A DNA stretch of 64,000 nt, taken from NCBI GenBank assembly GCA_043228905.1, contig JBHGNT010000001.1, positions 31,186,001 through 31,250,000 of the forward strand. The letters run 5' to 3'. The stretch comes from Azolla caroliniana. Its lineage: Eukaryota > Plantae > Polypodiophyta. Positions 48,601-61,100 of the stretch are shown piece by piece. Every line of letters starts with the position of its first letter. The stretch's first letter is position 1. Both the position numbers and the translations under genes were made by a program. The notes beneath the pieces were generated by a model. The model searched no databases, was not told the DNA's origin, and was given only the letters and a program-made list of their open reading frames with translations.

Positions 48601-51257
48601 ATACCTGGATTTACAACTTAAAATGTCAATAATAAATCATTAACTACCAAAACCCAAGATACATCAACCCTTATATAATACAACCGTGATCCATGCTTGT
48701 TGACTTTTGATCCAGAATGAACATCCTCCACCCAAGATGTGCCTGTGCAGCTCTGTAGCCAGCACCTGCATGTGATCATATTCTTTTATAAAATGACATT
48801 CAGTTTATATTTTGGTCAGATTGACTATTTAGTGAATGGTTTACCTCTTCAAAAATATCCTGGATGGCACAGCAGGTAAAAGAGGAACAAGAACAGCATC
48901 GGGAGAATAAAATAGAGTACATGAAAGATGAGAATCAGATTTTTCATCACCAGAGTCCTTTTTCTCTGAGCTGACCACCATATTCTTTTCTGAGTGAAAA
49001 TCTCTATTGTAACCAGGTCTACTTTGACCAAATTTAATTTCAGCATGAAGGCCACATGATGAGGTTATACAGTAAGGATAAGATGAGCTTATGCCAATAG
49101 ATTCTTCAAGTTGTTCATACATAGCTTTTCTCTTGCTGCAAAAGAGTATAGTTTGATCAGATCACTACCTCAATACAGATGGAGTGCACACATAAAGCGC
49201 ACATGGCAGAAAACCTGATTGATAATTCTCTGTACCTTTCATAAAGCATATGAATTAGTTTACTTGAATAGCATCCAATCAGTTTCCCGTTCAGACCATT
49301 CGGTGCAACCACCACTACAATCAGGAAATAAAATAACACTACTGAGGTTTTGTCAAGACTAACATTCCCTGGCTACCAGAAATGCATAAGAATACACACG
49401 CAAACATTGGAAATGGAAGACTTGAACAAGAAAATGAAGAGTTTCTACCTCCTTGTGCATTAAGTTCACCCAAAGATTTATCATGACGAAGCTTCAATGA
49501 CATTTGAATATCGTCAATGCAGAGTGAGCGGACTCTCCTACAATTAAGATCACAGTTTGAAAATTCAGCGAGTACTTAGTATGAAACAACTATTTTGAGT
49601 GTTGTAAACAGTTGCTTCCCCATGTAATAGTCATGAGGGTACCTACTTCTTCTGAAGAACAAAATGTACAAAAATGGCTTCCTCACTCACTGTGAATGTC
49701 ACTTCACATGTGGGCAATGGTCTTCTGCAAAATAGCACAGTAAAACCTAAATAATCTCTTAAACATACAAATTCTACAGTTAACTAGCTTTGACAAGATA
49801 TAAATTAAGAAATGAAGTTAAATACCTAAGCTGTGGTTCACTTGTAGAAAATGATTTGCATTTTACAAATATATCTCCAAACCGCATGTACCCAACACTT
49901 CGTAAGCCTCTATAATCAATTAAAAGCTCCGCTGAAGACTACAGTCAATATAAATTGATAAAATCTAGTAAACATAAATATATTCAAATTACCTCTCTAA
50001 CCGGTTTCTCAATGCTTCACAAAGTGCATAAGACACCTCCTTTGAAACTTTTGGATAGCACCATAATCCAGAATCAACAACTGCAAAAACAGTAGAAGGC
50101 TATTCTTGAAAATCAACAATATTTGAAAATAAAATCTTACTAATGAATGATTTGCCATCTCTGGTCACCAATAAGATATAATAGTGTAAGTTGAGGAGAC
50201 TCTTAATACAACATGATGAGTGAATCGTAGAAAATTTTATTAAGTTTTAAACATGATGAGCTATTCTTATGTTATCATAATTCCACAGAACTTTTAATAA
50301 CATATTCAACTCTAGTTACCCAGCCCTAAACCCTACACATATTCTGCCCTAATCTAGAACTTAACATGAGTATTAAACCCAATGACTTTTTCATGCTTTA
50401 AATGAAAATGGGCAATTCTTAATTATAGTGCATTCATACAAAGGGTTTCTAAGGTGTATTGATCCCATACAAATGATCTCCCATAATGCTGAATACCCAT
50501 TTTAAAACTAGCAATGGAGTTTTGCAATAAGCAATAATGAGAAGGAACCAACCTTTGAGGCCATTAATAGAAGATTGTATTGCTGCATTGATGTTTTCGT
50601 TACGACCAGGAATGAACAACCAAAGCATAGCATTTGATGCTACAAAATTGGAAGAATTAAGATTTCATATTTTTAGTGATTAATTTCTTTCTTGCCTCTC
50701 TTCAGCACACTGCAGTCTAAAAGTATACCTTTATGGGACCACCCTGAAGTGTCACTTATCCAAGCACTTAAATGTCCTTCTCCTTGCAGTCTTATGTGTG
50801 CATTCAGAACTTTATTTGCAATGTGGACATCTGGCCTGCATAGCATCAACGAATAATGTGATGATTAGTCCTAAACAATATGTCTCTTGTTAACAGAACA
50901 TAAATAATAGCATAGCATTTCAAAATGTATAACTCTGCACTCTTTTAAGATCTCATGACCAGAACATATACCATTTGTCCGAGGGTGATGTCACATCCTC
51001 ATCTGTGGCAACCAGCTGAAACCAGGATATCTGTCTTAGACCACCCTATATTAAACAGTGAAATTTTTGAGTCATTATTATCATTCCAATTTGGCAGGGG
51101 CATGAAGGAGATCATATAGTTCCAAAAGCATAGGCTCATGATGCAGAAAATAGAATATATGTAGAATCAACTATTGACCACCCACAAATGCTTAATTTCC
51201 ACACTCTTAAGTACAGAGAGATTATTGGCATACCAATCTAAAGACATTCGTTAGCAT
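42693..51257 (-). CDS. MED13: Mediator of RNA polymerase II transcription subunit 13
   Basis: Start MLTNVFRL|GGLRQISWFQL (51257; next exon ~51045-50972). Many GT-AG exons carrying ILAEFGDFGDFFEDE, HAGCGGMLCTSHFLDNAGVELIDPL, PSLLVGYQDDW, LHCCYGWTENWQWLLSVWTDARGELLD, VITRIGSFFELECQEWQKA, LQALSWLTASP..RRSALPFHCE. Likely 5'-UTR exons at ~52181-52233 and ~52350-52500. Confidence 0.96.
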
Positions 51258-52604
51258 ATTTGCTATCTTGGCTACTTCATAAATATGAAGTCATCCTACA
51301 ACAAAATGAGAATTTGTTAAATTCCATAGCATTAAACAACCAAGAAATTTAGTTTGATGTCTAAATAGAGAGTGTCAGAAAACAAGCATGTGTAACCTGA
51401 TAAATGCACAAAGTTGTGGCATAAAATGAACATTTTAATTCTATCCCCAACATCTTCCAGCTCATGATCAATTACACATCATCAAACGAAATTTCAAGTC
51501 TTTTTGGTCACATTACAAATTTTCTAATTTGTCATTTTTTATATCTAAGAGGACTACAGAACACTAGATCTAATTAAGATTATATAAATTAATCAATATT
51601 ATAAAGACACCATTAGCACAACAACATAGCAAGTACGAAATGAAGGAAAATGAGATCACATATAGATGATTGCAGCATGCATTTCTTCTGCAAATAATAA
51701 AATGCCCATACACAATGTTGATATCTTGGCTGCTATACATTTACAAATCCTGAAACCATGACACAAATAATGATATGTACAAGTTTCACTTAGCTTATGT
51801 ATTAAAATTGTTCCAAAATCTTTTCCCTCAAACAAATTTATGTGCACAATTATGTAGAAATAGATTATCGTAAATGGTTTTTCTACTGGCTAAAATACTT
51901 TTTCTTGCAAACACGTTTTAAAGCTTAATTATCCTCCCCAGTGAGAAACAGAGATATGCTTGGTCAATACAGATTAGCCCACATCACCATCTCTCAAACA
52001 AGGGATCAGCATAGATCTTTGTGATTTGAGTGTTAAAAATCAGGCCAAATTTAAGATCTTCACTTATCAAAGACAGTATCAGGATATATCGTTAGACCAA
52101 TTGATAGAAATTATCCCAGATTTGGATGTCATTATCTCTGGGATAAGGACAAGCGCATAGAGATAAAGAAAGAGAAGTACCTCCGAAGCTTGCTGAGACT
52201 GATCAATAACAAAATCGGGTATTGTTTGGGAATCTGTAGCGGCATTGCATACATGACACTTTTAAGCATTTCGTGACATTGTCACTAGTAGATACAGCGG
52301 CTTTACTGTGGATAAAACTCTGGGCAGAATGAGTAGAGAGTAGCCCTACCTTTGCAAGAGAGGAACAGTGAGAAAGAGAGAGGAATTCGCCTTCTCAGCT
52401 CTTCACAGCAGCTAACACGACCAAGATGATGAGTTCGAATCTCGCCTTCTGTTTCTGCGTCTGTGTCTGTGTGTCCGCCTTTTGCTTTTGCGTCTGTCTT
52501 TGAGGTAACACATAAAATGGCCCTAACAATTTTGACATTGAATGAAGAATTTATTATTGACACATAATTTGTTTGAAGAAGAGTGTGGAAGACAAACAAA
52601 TGCT

Positions 52605-52660
52605 CATGCTCGGACTAAAGCTCGGGCTCGGGCTCGGGCTCAGGCTCAGGCTCATGCTTG
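52605..52660. repeat. (G/A)GGCTC hexamer array upstream of MED13
   Basis: ctcgggctcgggctcgggctcaggctcaggctcatgct. Confidence 0.85.
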
Positions 52661-53099
52661 CTTGGACTCGAACTCTGGCTTGAATTTCCATCTGCATAGT
52701 TTGGCACCGTCTAGCGGTGGAGCACAACAGAAAAAAAGTCCAAAGAAACAAAAGTGCAACAACGTTGATGCATTCAATAGTTGTGTAATTCCTCCCACAA
52801 TACCCAATCCTATATATGTCCTCCTCCACTAGAATTAAGAGCATCGTGATGGTTGTTCTACAAATTGAGATGGCCTCGTAGTTGTTCAGTCGAAAATTTT
52901 TGCAATGTAGAGCAAGGCGAGAGAGATCTACTTGAGAGGGGACATTCTGAAATGCACGTCAATGGACTCATTAACTCAATAAGTTTATCAAGAGAGGGTT
53001 TGGTAAAACATGACAAGGTGATTAGGTCTACTGGTTTTCATTGGGTGGTTCCATGAGATGATTAGAGCATAGTATCTCGTCACATTCCAAATCAATTGG

Positions 53100-53600
53100 G
53101 TTTTTGGGAAAAAATTATTGATGTCTTATAGACAACGTTTATTCTTTAGTCATACCAAACTTTATTATGCCTCTTCTATCATCCCAAATATGAATGGAAC
53201 CCTATATAAATTTTTAGGCGACTTATATAATAAAACAAATTATTCCCATCATCATGAAAGTTTGAGTGTCAATGACAAAACTATGACTTGGAAGCTTATT
53301 TTACATGATATGTTACCATGGAATATGTGTAAAATGATGGAACAAAGTTTACCTCAAGCCTTACCTCTACAACTACATGGATTCCAAAATACATGCAAAT
53401 GTAGGCCAAAAAGTTTCATGTATTTTATGTTTCCCAATATTCACAACAAGTGCATGTAGCCTCGTGCCTTCTTGTACCTAATTCAGTACTTAAAACTTGG
53501 GTAAGCTCTTGTCTTGGCTCACCAGCCTATTATGTCATATGCTTTCTTAAGAAGAGATTGCTAGCAAAACTATCATATATATCACATATACTACAAGCTT
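53100..53600 (+). mobile_element. Possible degenerate CACTA (En/Spm) transposase fragment
   Basis: aaaactatgacttggaagcttattttacatgatatgttacca reads KT(H)DWKLILHDMLP with indels, resembling the En/Spm TnpD KSHDxHxLMQxLLP motif; followed by ..QAL..L..FQNTC and MFP; many lesions. Confidence 0.35.
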
Positions 53601-55133
53601 GAGAATACAATAACATGATGAAGAGATGGTGTAGGTGCAAACAATGCAACTACAAGTTGCTCGATAAGAAATCTACATTGTTGAAGAGTTGTATAGAAAA
53701 GTAATCATATTTAATGGAGAACTTCAAGCAAAAAATGAAGTTTAGCTTTGGTGAACACCATGAAGTTTTGAAAATAATGCATTGGTAAGAGAGGATTTCA
53801 AGAAACATTATGGCAACAATTCTCAATGTGTGGGATGTATGTAGTATCATTTGTATAGAAAAATCATTGCAATATTTACAAAATCACTAACATCCAATCT
53901 TGCATCAATACAAACTCTCATCTTATAACATTTGGTTTATTCTCAATCAATGACAGATTGTATTGACACCCACAACCTAAAGCACCAACTTTACCACTAA
54001 ACCATCATGCTCCTATTTTGCTATGTGTGAAGTTAATTTTTGCTCGTAAGAAAAGACCGTGGTAAATACATCGAATGTTAAGGTGTATAAGAATAAAGCA
54101 CAATGTGAAAGGTTCAAAAGTTAAAAGAAGAATGATATTGAAGGAATATGAAGTTAGAGGCATTTTAAAAGTAGAAAAACCAAGAAAAAAGAGAAGAAGA
54201 AAACGCAGGAAAAAGGTAGAAAAAGCAAGGTAGAGAAAAAAGCTCATAACTTCTTCATATGTTATCCAAATTTCAAAAAAAAAGATTCATAACAAAGCTA
54301 ACAAAGAGAGCTTTTTTTTTAATAAATTTGAAAACATAAAGCAGAAATAATGATATAAAAAACACATCACATAAACTCGAGCATATGTAAAAAGAAAAGA
54401 AAAGAAAAAAATAAGAATAATGCAACTAAAAACCTATACATATGAAGGTATTCTTAGCAATTGGAAAGGAGAAAGAAGAATAGAATATCTACAAGAGAAG
54501 GAGGGAGTAAGAAGAGAATATCTACAAGAAGAAGTGAGGAAGAATAAGAAGGCTAGAAGAAGTGAGAAGAAGCTTCGTAAAAGAAAGGGTGAAGAAGGAA
54601 ATACTATTTTGGCTAATAGTATATTTAAATAGTTATTTGGGGTTGTTACTTTTAGGGCCTAAGAGGATTGTATTATTTTCTTAATAATATATTGAAGTAT
54701 TCTTTTCTCTTCCTCTTCTCTTCTCTATCATTTTTCTCTCTCCTCATGACTATGCATCTTCACTCAAAATGTCACCAAAAGATGCACCTCTTGGCAGCAA
54801 CATCTTAAGCATGTTAGTTGTCATAGCTTACTAATCGGAGCACTATTTGTACTATAACTTTTTCATCTTTCTATGCCAGCTTTTCACAATCAAGACTATG
54901 GCGAACTATAACATTAAAATAGAGTAATGTTGTTTTATATCTAATCTTGTAATGTGAATTGCTTATTAATCGATTCCTTCAAGTTCCATACAATCTATAC
55001 TAGTGAATTGCTTATTAAATACTAAGATCAAAGTAAACTGCCCATTTTCTTACATAATAATAGCTCATAAATATGATATAGATATGGTCATTCACTTATC
55101 ACTGATAGCTCTTTTTTACTATTGGCAAAGGAC

Positions 55134-58100
55134 TCAAGAATCAATTTCATCCGGAATTGGGGCATATCCCAGATATACATAGTTCAACTCCTCTTTCCAC
55201 ACCTAAGAGTACACACCAAACAGTACAATGAATCAGACCCCACAACAGTGTATCATGATATGATGAGATGTGAGCATGAGATGACATACCTCATGCCGAA
55301 ACTCGACTCGCATGTGAGGCACATTTGTCTTGTGCACATCATTTCCTTCTGGGCCTCTTTTATGGTAGTTATTTCCAACCCAGTGTAACTGAAAACAAAA
55401 TGGAAGCACAAAGTTAGGGTCATTATATATGACAGGTTTCAGATTACTATATATAAAGAGTTTCAGGTTAGCATATATTAAAGGTTGAGAGTTGGTATGC
55501 ATGAAGCGTTTCATAAACAATATACAACTATCAACAGATACAGATATACATGCATACCTTCAGGGAATGTGAGAATCCTGATTGGTAAACAGAGTTCCTT
55601 GCAATTTCACATAAATCACATGGGCTCAACTTCCAGACCTAGCAAGCAAACATGAAAAAGGTCTAGGATTTCATGATGACATCCACTTTTAGGAGCACAA
55701 TATACAAATCATTTGGTTTACCTGAGCTGCAATGCTGTATTCTTCAACCAAAGGCTCCTTTGTAAGGTGAATCTGTAGGGGGTCATCCGTTGATAGTGAG
55801 ACATTCAGTCCGCGTGAAAAGAACATCGGAAAAGGATTCCGATGGTAGTCGAGAAACAGAGAGTTGTTACTTAGTGGAGACATACACAAACCAATCTATG
55901 AAAGAAGAAATAATCAAATTGTTAGAGAAATGCTAGAAAGCCTTCAATAAGTAAATGCATAGATCATACCTGAGCAAGATAAAATAAATACTGCAGACCA
56001 GGGGACTTGCGTAGATTATTTCCATGTGCTATATTGTGAGTAAGCAAAAATGCTGCTGCAAGATGATCAAGATCACCTGCCTGGATGCAGTGACCATCTC
56101 ACCGTTCAAGTATCCAATGAAAAACTCAAGGAAATCTATGTAAGAAATCATCTCACGCCAAAAACTTACCTCACCGGCATGAGGTCGAAACCTAATTATT
56201 CTCATCCCTTTCGACTCACGAAGCTTCACAATTGGAAAAAATTATCATAAACACTTCTTTCCATGAGAAATAAATGAAAAATGGTGGTGCCTTTATACCT
56301 TGTTCAGTGTATAAAGGTTGGCATACACATAGTATGCGTAATAAGAATATGCAGGATTAAAGATGATGTTCCAATCATCAGGTGTTGGCATGTGCTTAGT
56401 TGGTCGCCTCTCTGGTTTACTCTCATCGTCCACCAGGTCAAAACCCACAACCTACATAGAAAACACAATCCATATCCTTAATAAGAAAACAGAACACAAA
56501 ATAATAATGTGAGAAGCCTCAAAACAAAAGACAAAACCTACCTGCTCAAGGAACACATGTAACTGAGGATGAGAATTAGGGTCAACAGTGACTTCAAATA
56601 AAGGAAGGAACACATTATCCAGCATATTTTGAAATGAGTTAACAATCCCCATTTCTTTGTAAATATTGTAAAGACGTGGAAGCTGGAAGGAAATACAAAT
56701 AATAATTAGCACGGACAAAAAATAAATGCCTGATGAGATCACAATCATGCAGTTTAAAGCCTATACAATCAGCTGACATAAACTGTAAAATATAAATGGA
56801 ATAGGCAAAGAAATAGCAGTAGTATACAAGGTAATTTTTGTTCTATCATGCTTCGGCATCTTAATTAGATTGCAATAAGAAACTCGATGTCCTTTCAGGG
56901 ATCCCATATGGTTCAAGGTTTTTAATAGATATCCCTCTCAAATAAAACTTGTGTGTTGCAGGCAGTAGCATAAAGACAGACAGATTTAGCTAGAATCCCC
57001 AAATTGTGAGTTCATACTAGATGATTTACAAGTTTTCTTCTAAGGGTATGGTACTTTTGAAGAGCATTTTTTGAAACCAAGCCATCAGTTCTGACATGGA
57101 GTCACGTTCTTCTCTGTTGAAACATTACACACCCCTTATCAAAGGTTAGATTTCAGCATCTGCCATACATAATTGACAAGGCATTGTGTCACAGATCACA
57201 GACTGTATCAGAAACAAGATGGAAAAGATCCAGACCCTCCATGAATGATACATTTAGGGGACAGCAGTCAAATCTATGTTACAAGACTTCACATATTATT
57301 CCCCATGATCCATGCTACCATGTACCCCATTTTTAAGGCATAGGAGTTCATGGATTTAGGTCAATTCCTCCACATAACATTTTGGTATACAACAGGTAAG
57401 CCAACAAAAGTTATGATGCACTTTAAAAGGATCGCCAGTCTTGCACTCTTGAATGTGAATTGTCAAGTCTCTAACTATGCGTTTGGAAAAATATGATACA
57501 CTACACCATGTTGACAGTTGCAGTTTTAGTTTTAAATCCATGACTTTTTTATTCCAAGTATATATCCATAAATGATCTTTTTTCAGTAATTTTATTCTCA
57601 TTTTTCAGATCCTTACAAATGCAGTTTTTGGAACATAAATATCAATTATGCAAGTTCCACACATTGAAAACCCCTTGATCCGTAGGATTCTCATCCTTGT
57701 TCCATAAACATAGCTAGGTAAAAGAATATATTCATCCAGAGAAAAGACGGAAAAACACTATTAGTAGAATTTGATGTACAATGCACATTCACCATACTAC
57801 CTGGATAAGCCAAATCACATTTTCACTGTACAATTCGTTATTGACAAACCAGCTGGCAAGTTGATCCCACTCACTTTGTTTTCTGCCATAAATAGATATC
57901 CGATACTCTGCCATCTATAAATAATTACAAAGATAAAAAATGTTATCTTGTCTTTTAGAACATAAATCCAAAATAAATGTAAATAAAAATGAAAGTAACT
58001 AAAGAATCTTGTTATTTTACACGTACAATTCTCAAGTCAGATAGAAAAAGAAAAAATCTTCAAATGATCTCTAGCATAGGACAGTCCAAAATGGAACGAT

Positions 58101-61100
58101 CTCCAAAGAAAGCAATGAAAGCACAGTGATGCCTTTATTTGTCAAAGGCAAGGCTGGTGAGATCATTGTCCATGAGACCAGAGCCTGTACATGACAAACT
58201 CCTATTGCCCAATCTATTTAACCGCTTTGCAATTTCCTTATCGGGAGATGGAAACATATTATCAGAATGGGTGGACAATGTATGTGGTTAATAACGATGC
58301 AGATAAGGGGAAGACCAACTCTCCATCAACGGAAGACTACCACGATCACAATGTCATTGTCTAGCATGCCTAAAATGAGAGAAAAGAGACAGTCTGCATG
58401 AAACCTCCTCATAAGATGAAAGATCTACTTCTATTTGTCAAACTGGGCAGCGCCAGGAAGAATGTTGTCCAAAAGTAGCATTTCTCTTACAGTTCACCAG
58501 AAAGAAAGAATGATATATCAATGTCTTTTAAGAGGCCAAATGGCACATAACACCAAACAAGAGATTATGTCTTTAAAATGTTATCTCATATTTGAGAACA
58601 ACAAAGCAAAAATATAGGATAATAAAAAATCTCGTTATCTAAGCTCTGAACCTAGATAGACTGAAACTTCTGCTTGGAAAGATCTCCAACATAAGGCCAT
58701 TCCAAGATGGAGAAATCTTTGACACAACATTGTGGGTTGATAATGACCAGTTATATGTCAGGGTCATTATCCTGATTATCGTGGCCTATATGTATTATGC
58801 ACGATACATTGCTATTGCCTGATCTACTGTAACTCCTTTCAAGTGTTCTACTTCAGGCCCCAGTTGGTAGCTCTTGATTGACTTGTAGCCAGAGAGGAGA
58901 GAACCACTCTCCTACGGAAGCAGAACAATGTGGATTACACCATCATCCTGTTGCAGTGGAAGCTATGGTACTAAAGCATTGTATAGCTTTCATCATTATG
59001 ATATTTGTAGCTACAAGAGACTGGCCACTATATTACCTCAAAGCTTTTCATCCAGCTTTATGTAGCTACAAGAGACCAAAGAGTTCAAGTTGCATCTTGA
59101 GCCTGATTTTGTATAGTGACAGCCACATACTTATAATTCCTTGCAATGCAAAAGAGATGTTTGTCATTCATTCTGAGTTGTTAAGTACGAAAGTGGTCAT
59201 ATTTCCTGCTCCTTGAGATGCATGCACGAAGGCCTCCTTTACCACAAAGAACTTCCTCTGATCTGGTACTTGCCTTGTTATTTGTCCATTAAAAAAGCAC
59301 TTCAGGGACATGAGACAAATACACTTTAGAAACAATCCCTCATTCACCATGACTCCCTTTTTAAACCATTCACTTGACCATCTTTCCACCTTCACCGCAG
59401 ATGTGTTTCCATTCAATGGGAGATGTGGGTTGAATTAAAATTATTTAGAAAAGAGAATAAGTTGGCTGTCTCTAACAATTAGAGAATATTGCCAAATACT
59501 ATCAGCATACCAATTAGAGAATACTAACACATCAGCATACCATTTCTGGTGAGAAAACAATCAAATGTTAAATATTGAAGTTACAAATATATGACTCTGA
59601 TATTTAAAAATTTAAAAAGTATTTTAATGATAATAAACTGTTAAATCCTGCAAGCTCACAGAAAAAAAATTAGGGCCTTTGTTGAAGGCATGCAATGGCA
59701 TCACTTTAGTTCTACGAAAATGCCTTGCTTAAGGCATGCAGATGTATCATCTTATGCATATTTCATGGAACTATGATTCACGTGCCACAAAGTATAAATA
59801 CACCATTTTAATATCTGAAATCACAAGACTATTTTATTACTTTCACTCTAGTTTTTCATCTAAAAGCCACAAACATTAAGATTCATTGTCCAATTAGAAA
59901 CATAATCACGCAGTGATAAGAATACCTGATACTTGCTTTGTTCCAAATCCTGGAAAACTTGCTTTGTCACCTCAGCCAGAAATCGTCCTACACATGGAGC
60001 GCGATTTATCATTATTAAGTGACTATATTGAAGCCAATGCTCCTGCCAGAAAATATTAAATTTTCCTCTGATACTCTACATGCTTCTTACTTCAATTGTA
60101 CATATTATTTCTTATTTACAATGCATAATCTCAGAAGGGTGGTCTATTGTTCTCCAACCTTTTAGGCAAATAATATCCATAGGAAACGACAGGGAGTACA
60201 AAATTATAATTTTTTTATGAAATAGAAGGGAGGTACCATTGCTTCTTCAAACACGGGTTTGGCCCACTATGCAAGGTAACGGAATATTCAAGACTGAGAG
60301 TGCTTTGAACTTGAGGCATAGAGACAAGTTGCTGAAGGACAAGAATGTAACCATAACAGCTCGTCAACAGAGACGCATCACAACTTTCTTAGCTCCGTCA
60401 CTCATACAAATCAAGCAATGGCTATACAAGTGGGTTTCAACCATGACACTCAAAAGGGGTTACAATAGGTCAGGAAATAGCAACGTGTCGTGTACATAGG
60501 ACACAACTGTCATCGACAAATAAAGTACATTATCACCTGGCAAGGGTCTTCCTTCACTTCAGAGTTCTCTCCATCTTGGAGAGGACGATGTTTTGAAGGC
60601 ATAAGTTTCATTCTATCTAAGTTCAGAATCTTAAGTGCTTAGTTAACTAGATTCTATAGCACACTATATTTAGCTAGATTTACTTTGGTTTGTTGTTCTA
60701 AAATAGAAGACTACATTTTAAGATGTAATCTCTTGTTATATCTCGCAGGCCATTTTGGACTTCTAAAAGATGTTAATATATCATTCTTTCTTCTTTCTCA
60801 CATACACAATAAATGCTCAAATTCATGAACTTATGTATCACACCTACCTCTGTTTAATTTATCAAGAACATATATCACGTACATATTTGGATCAACCCAC
60901 AAAGAATCACACAAAAACGTGCATGATTTTCACTTTAGTGCTTATTAATCATTATCAGAACAATAGTTCACAAGATCTGATCCAACGAATTTGGAAACAC
61001 ACCTTGAATAAGATTATCTTGCTTCAAGAAAATTTCTCGGAGTCTACTTTGACCACATGGATTATATTTTAGATTGAATTTATCAAATCTATGGAATGTG

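Noticed and set aside
50211-50262. Two ACATGATGAG C-box-like motifs (snoRNA?)
   Set aside because: Antisense to the host intron, with no matching D box or terminal stem
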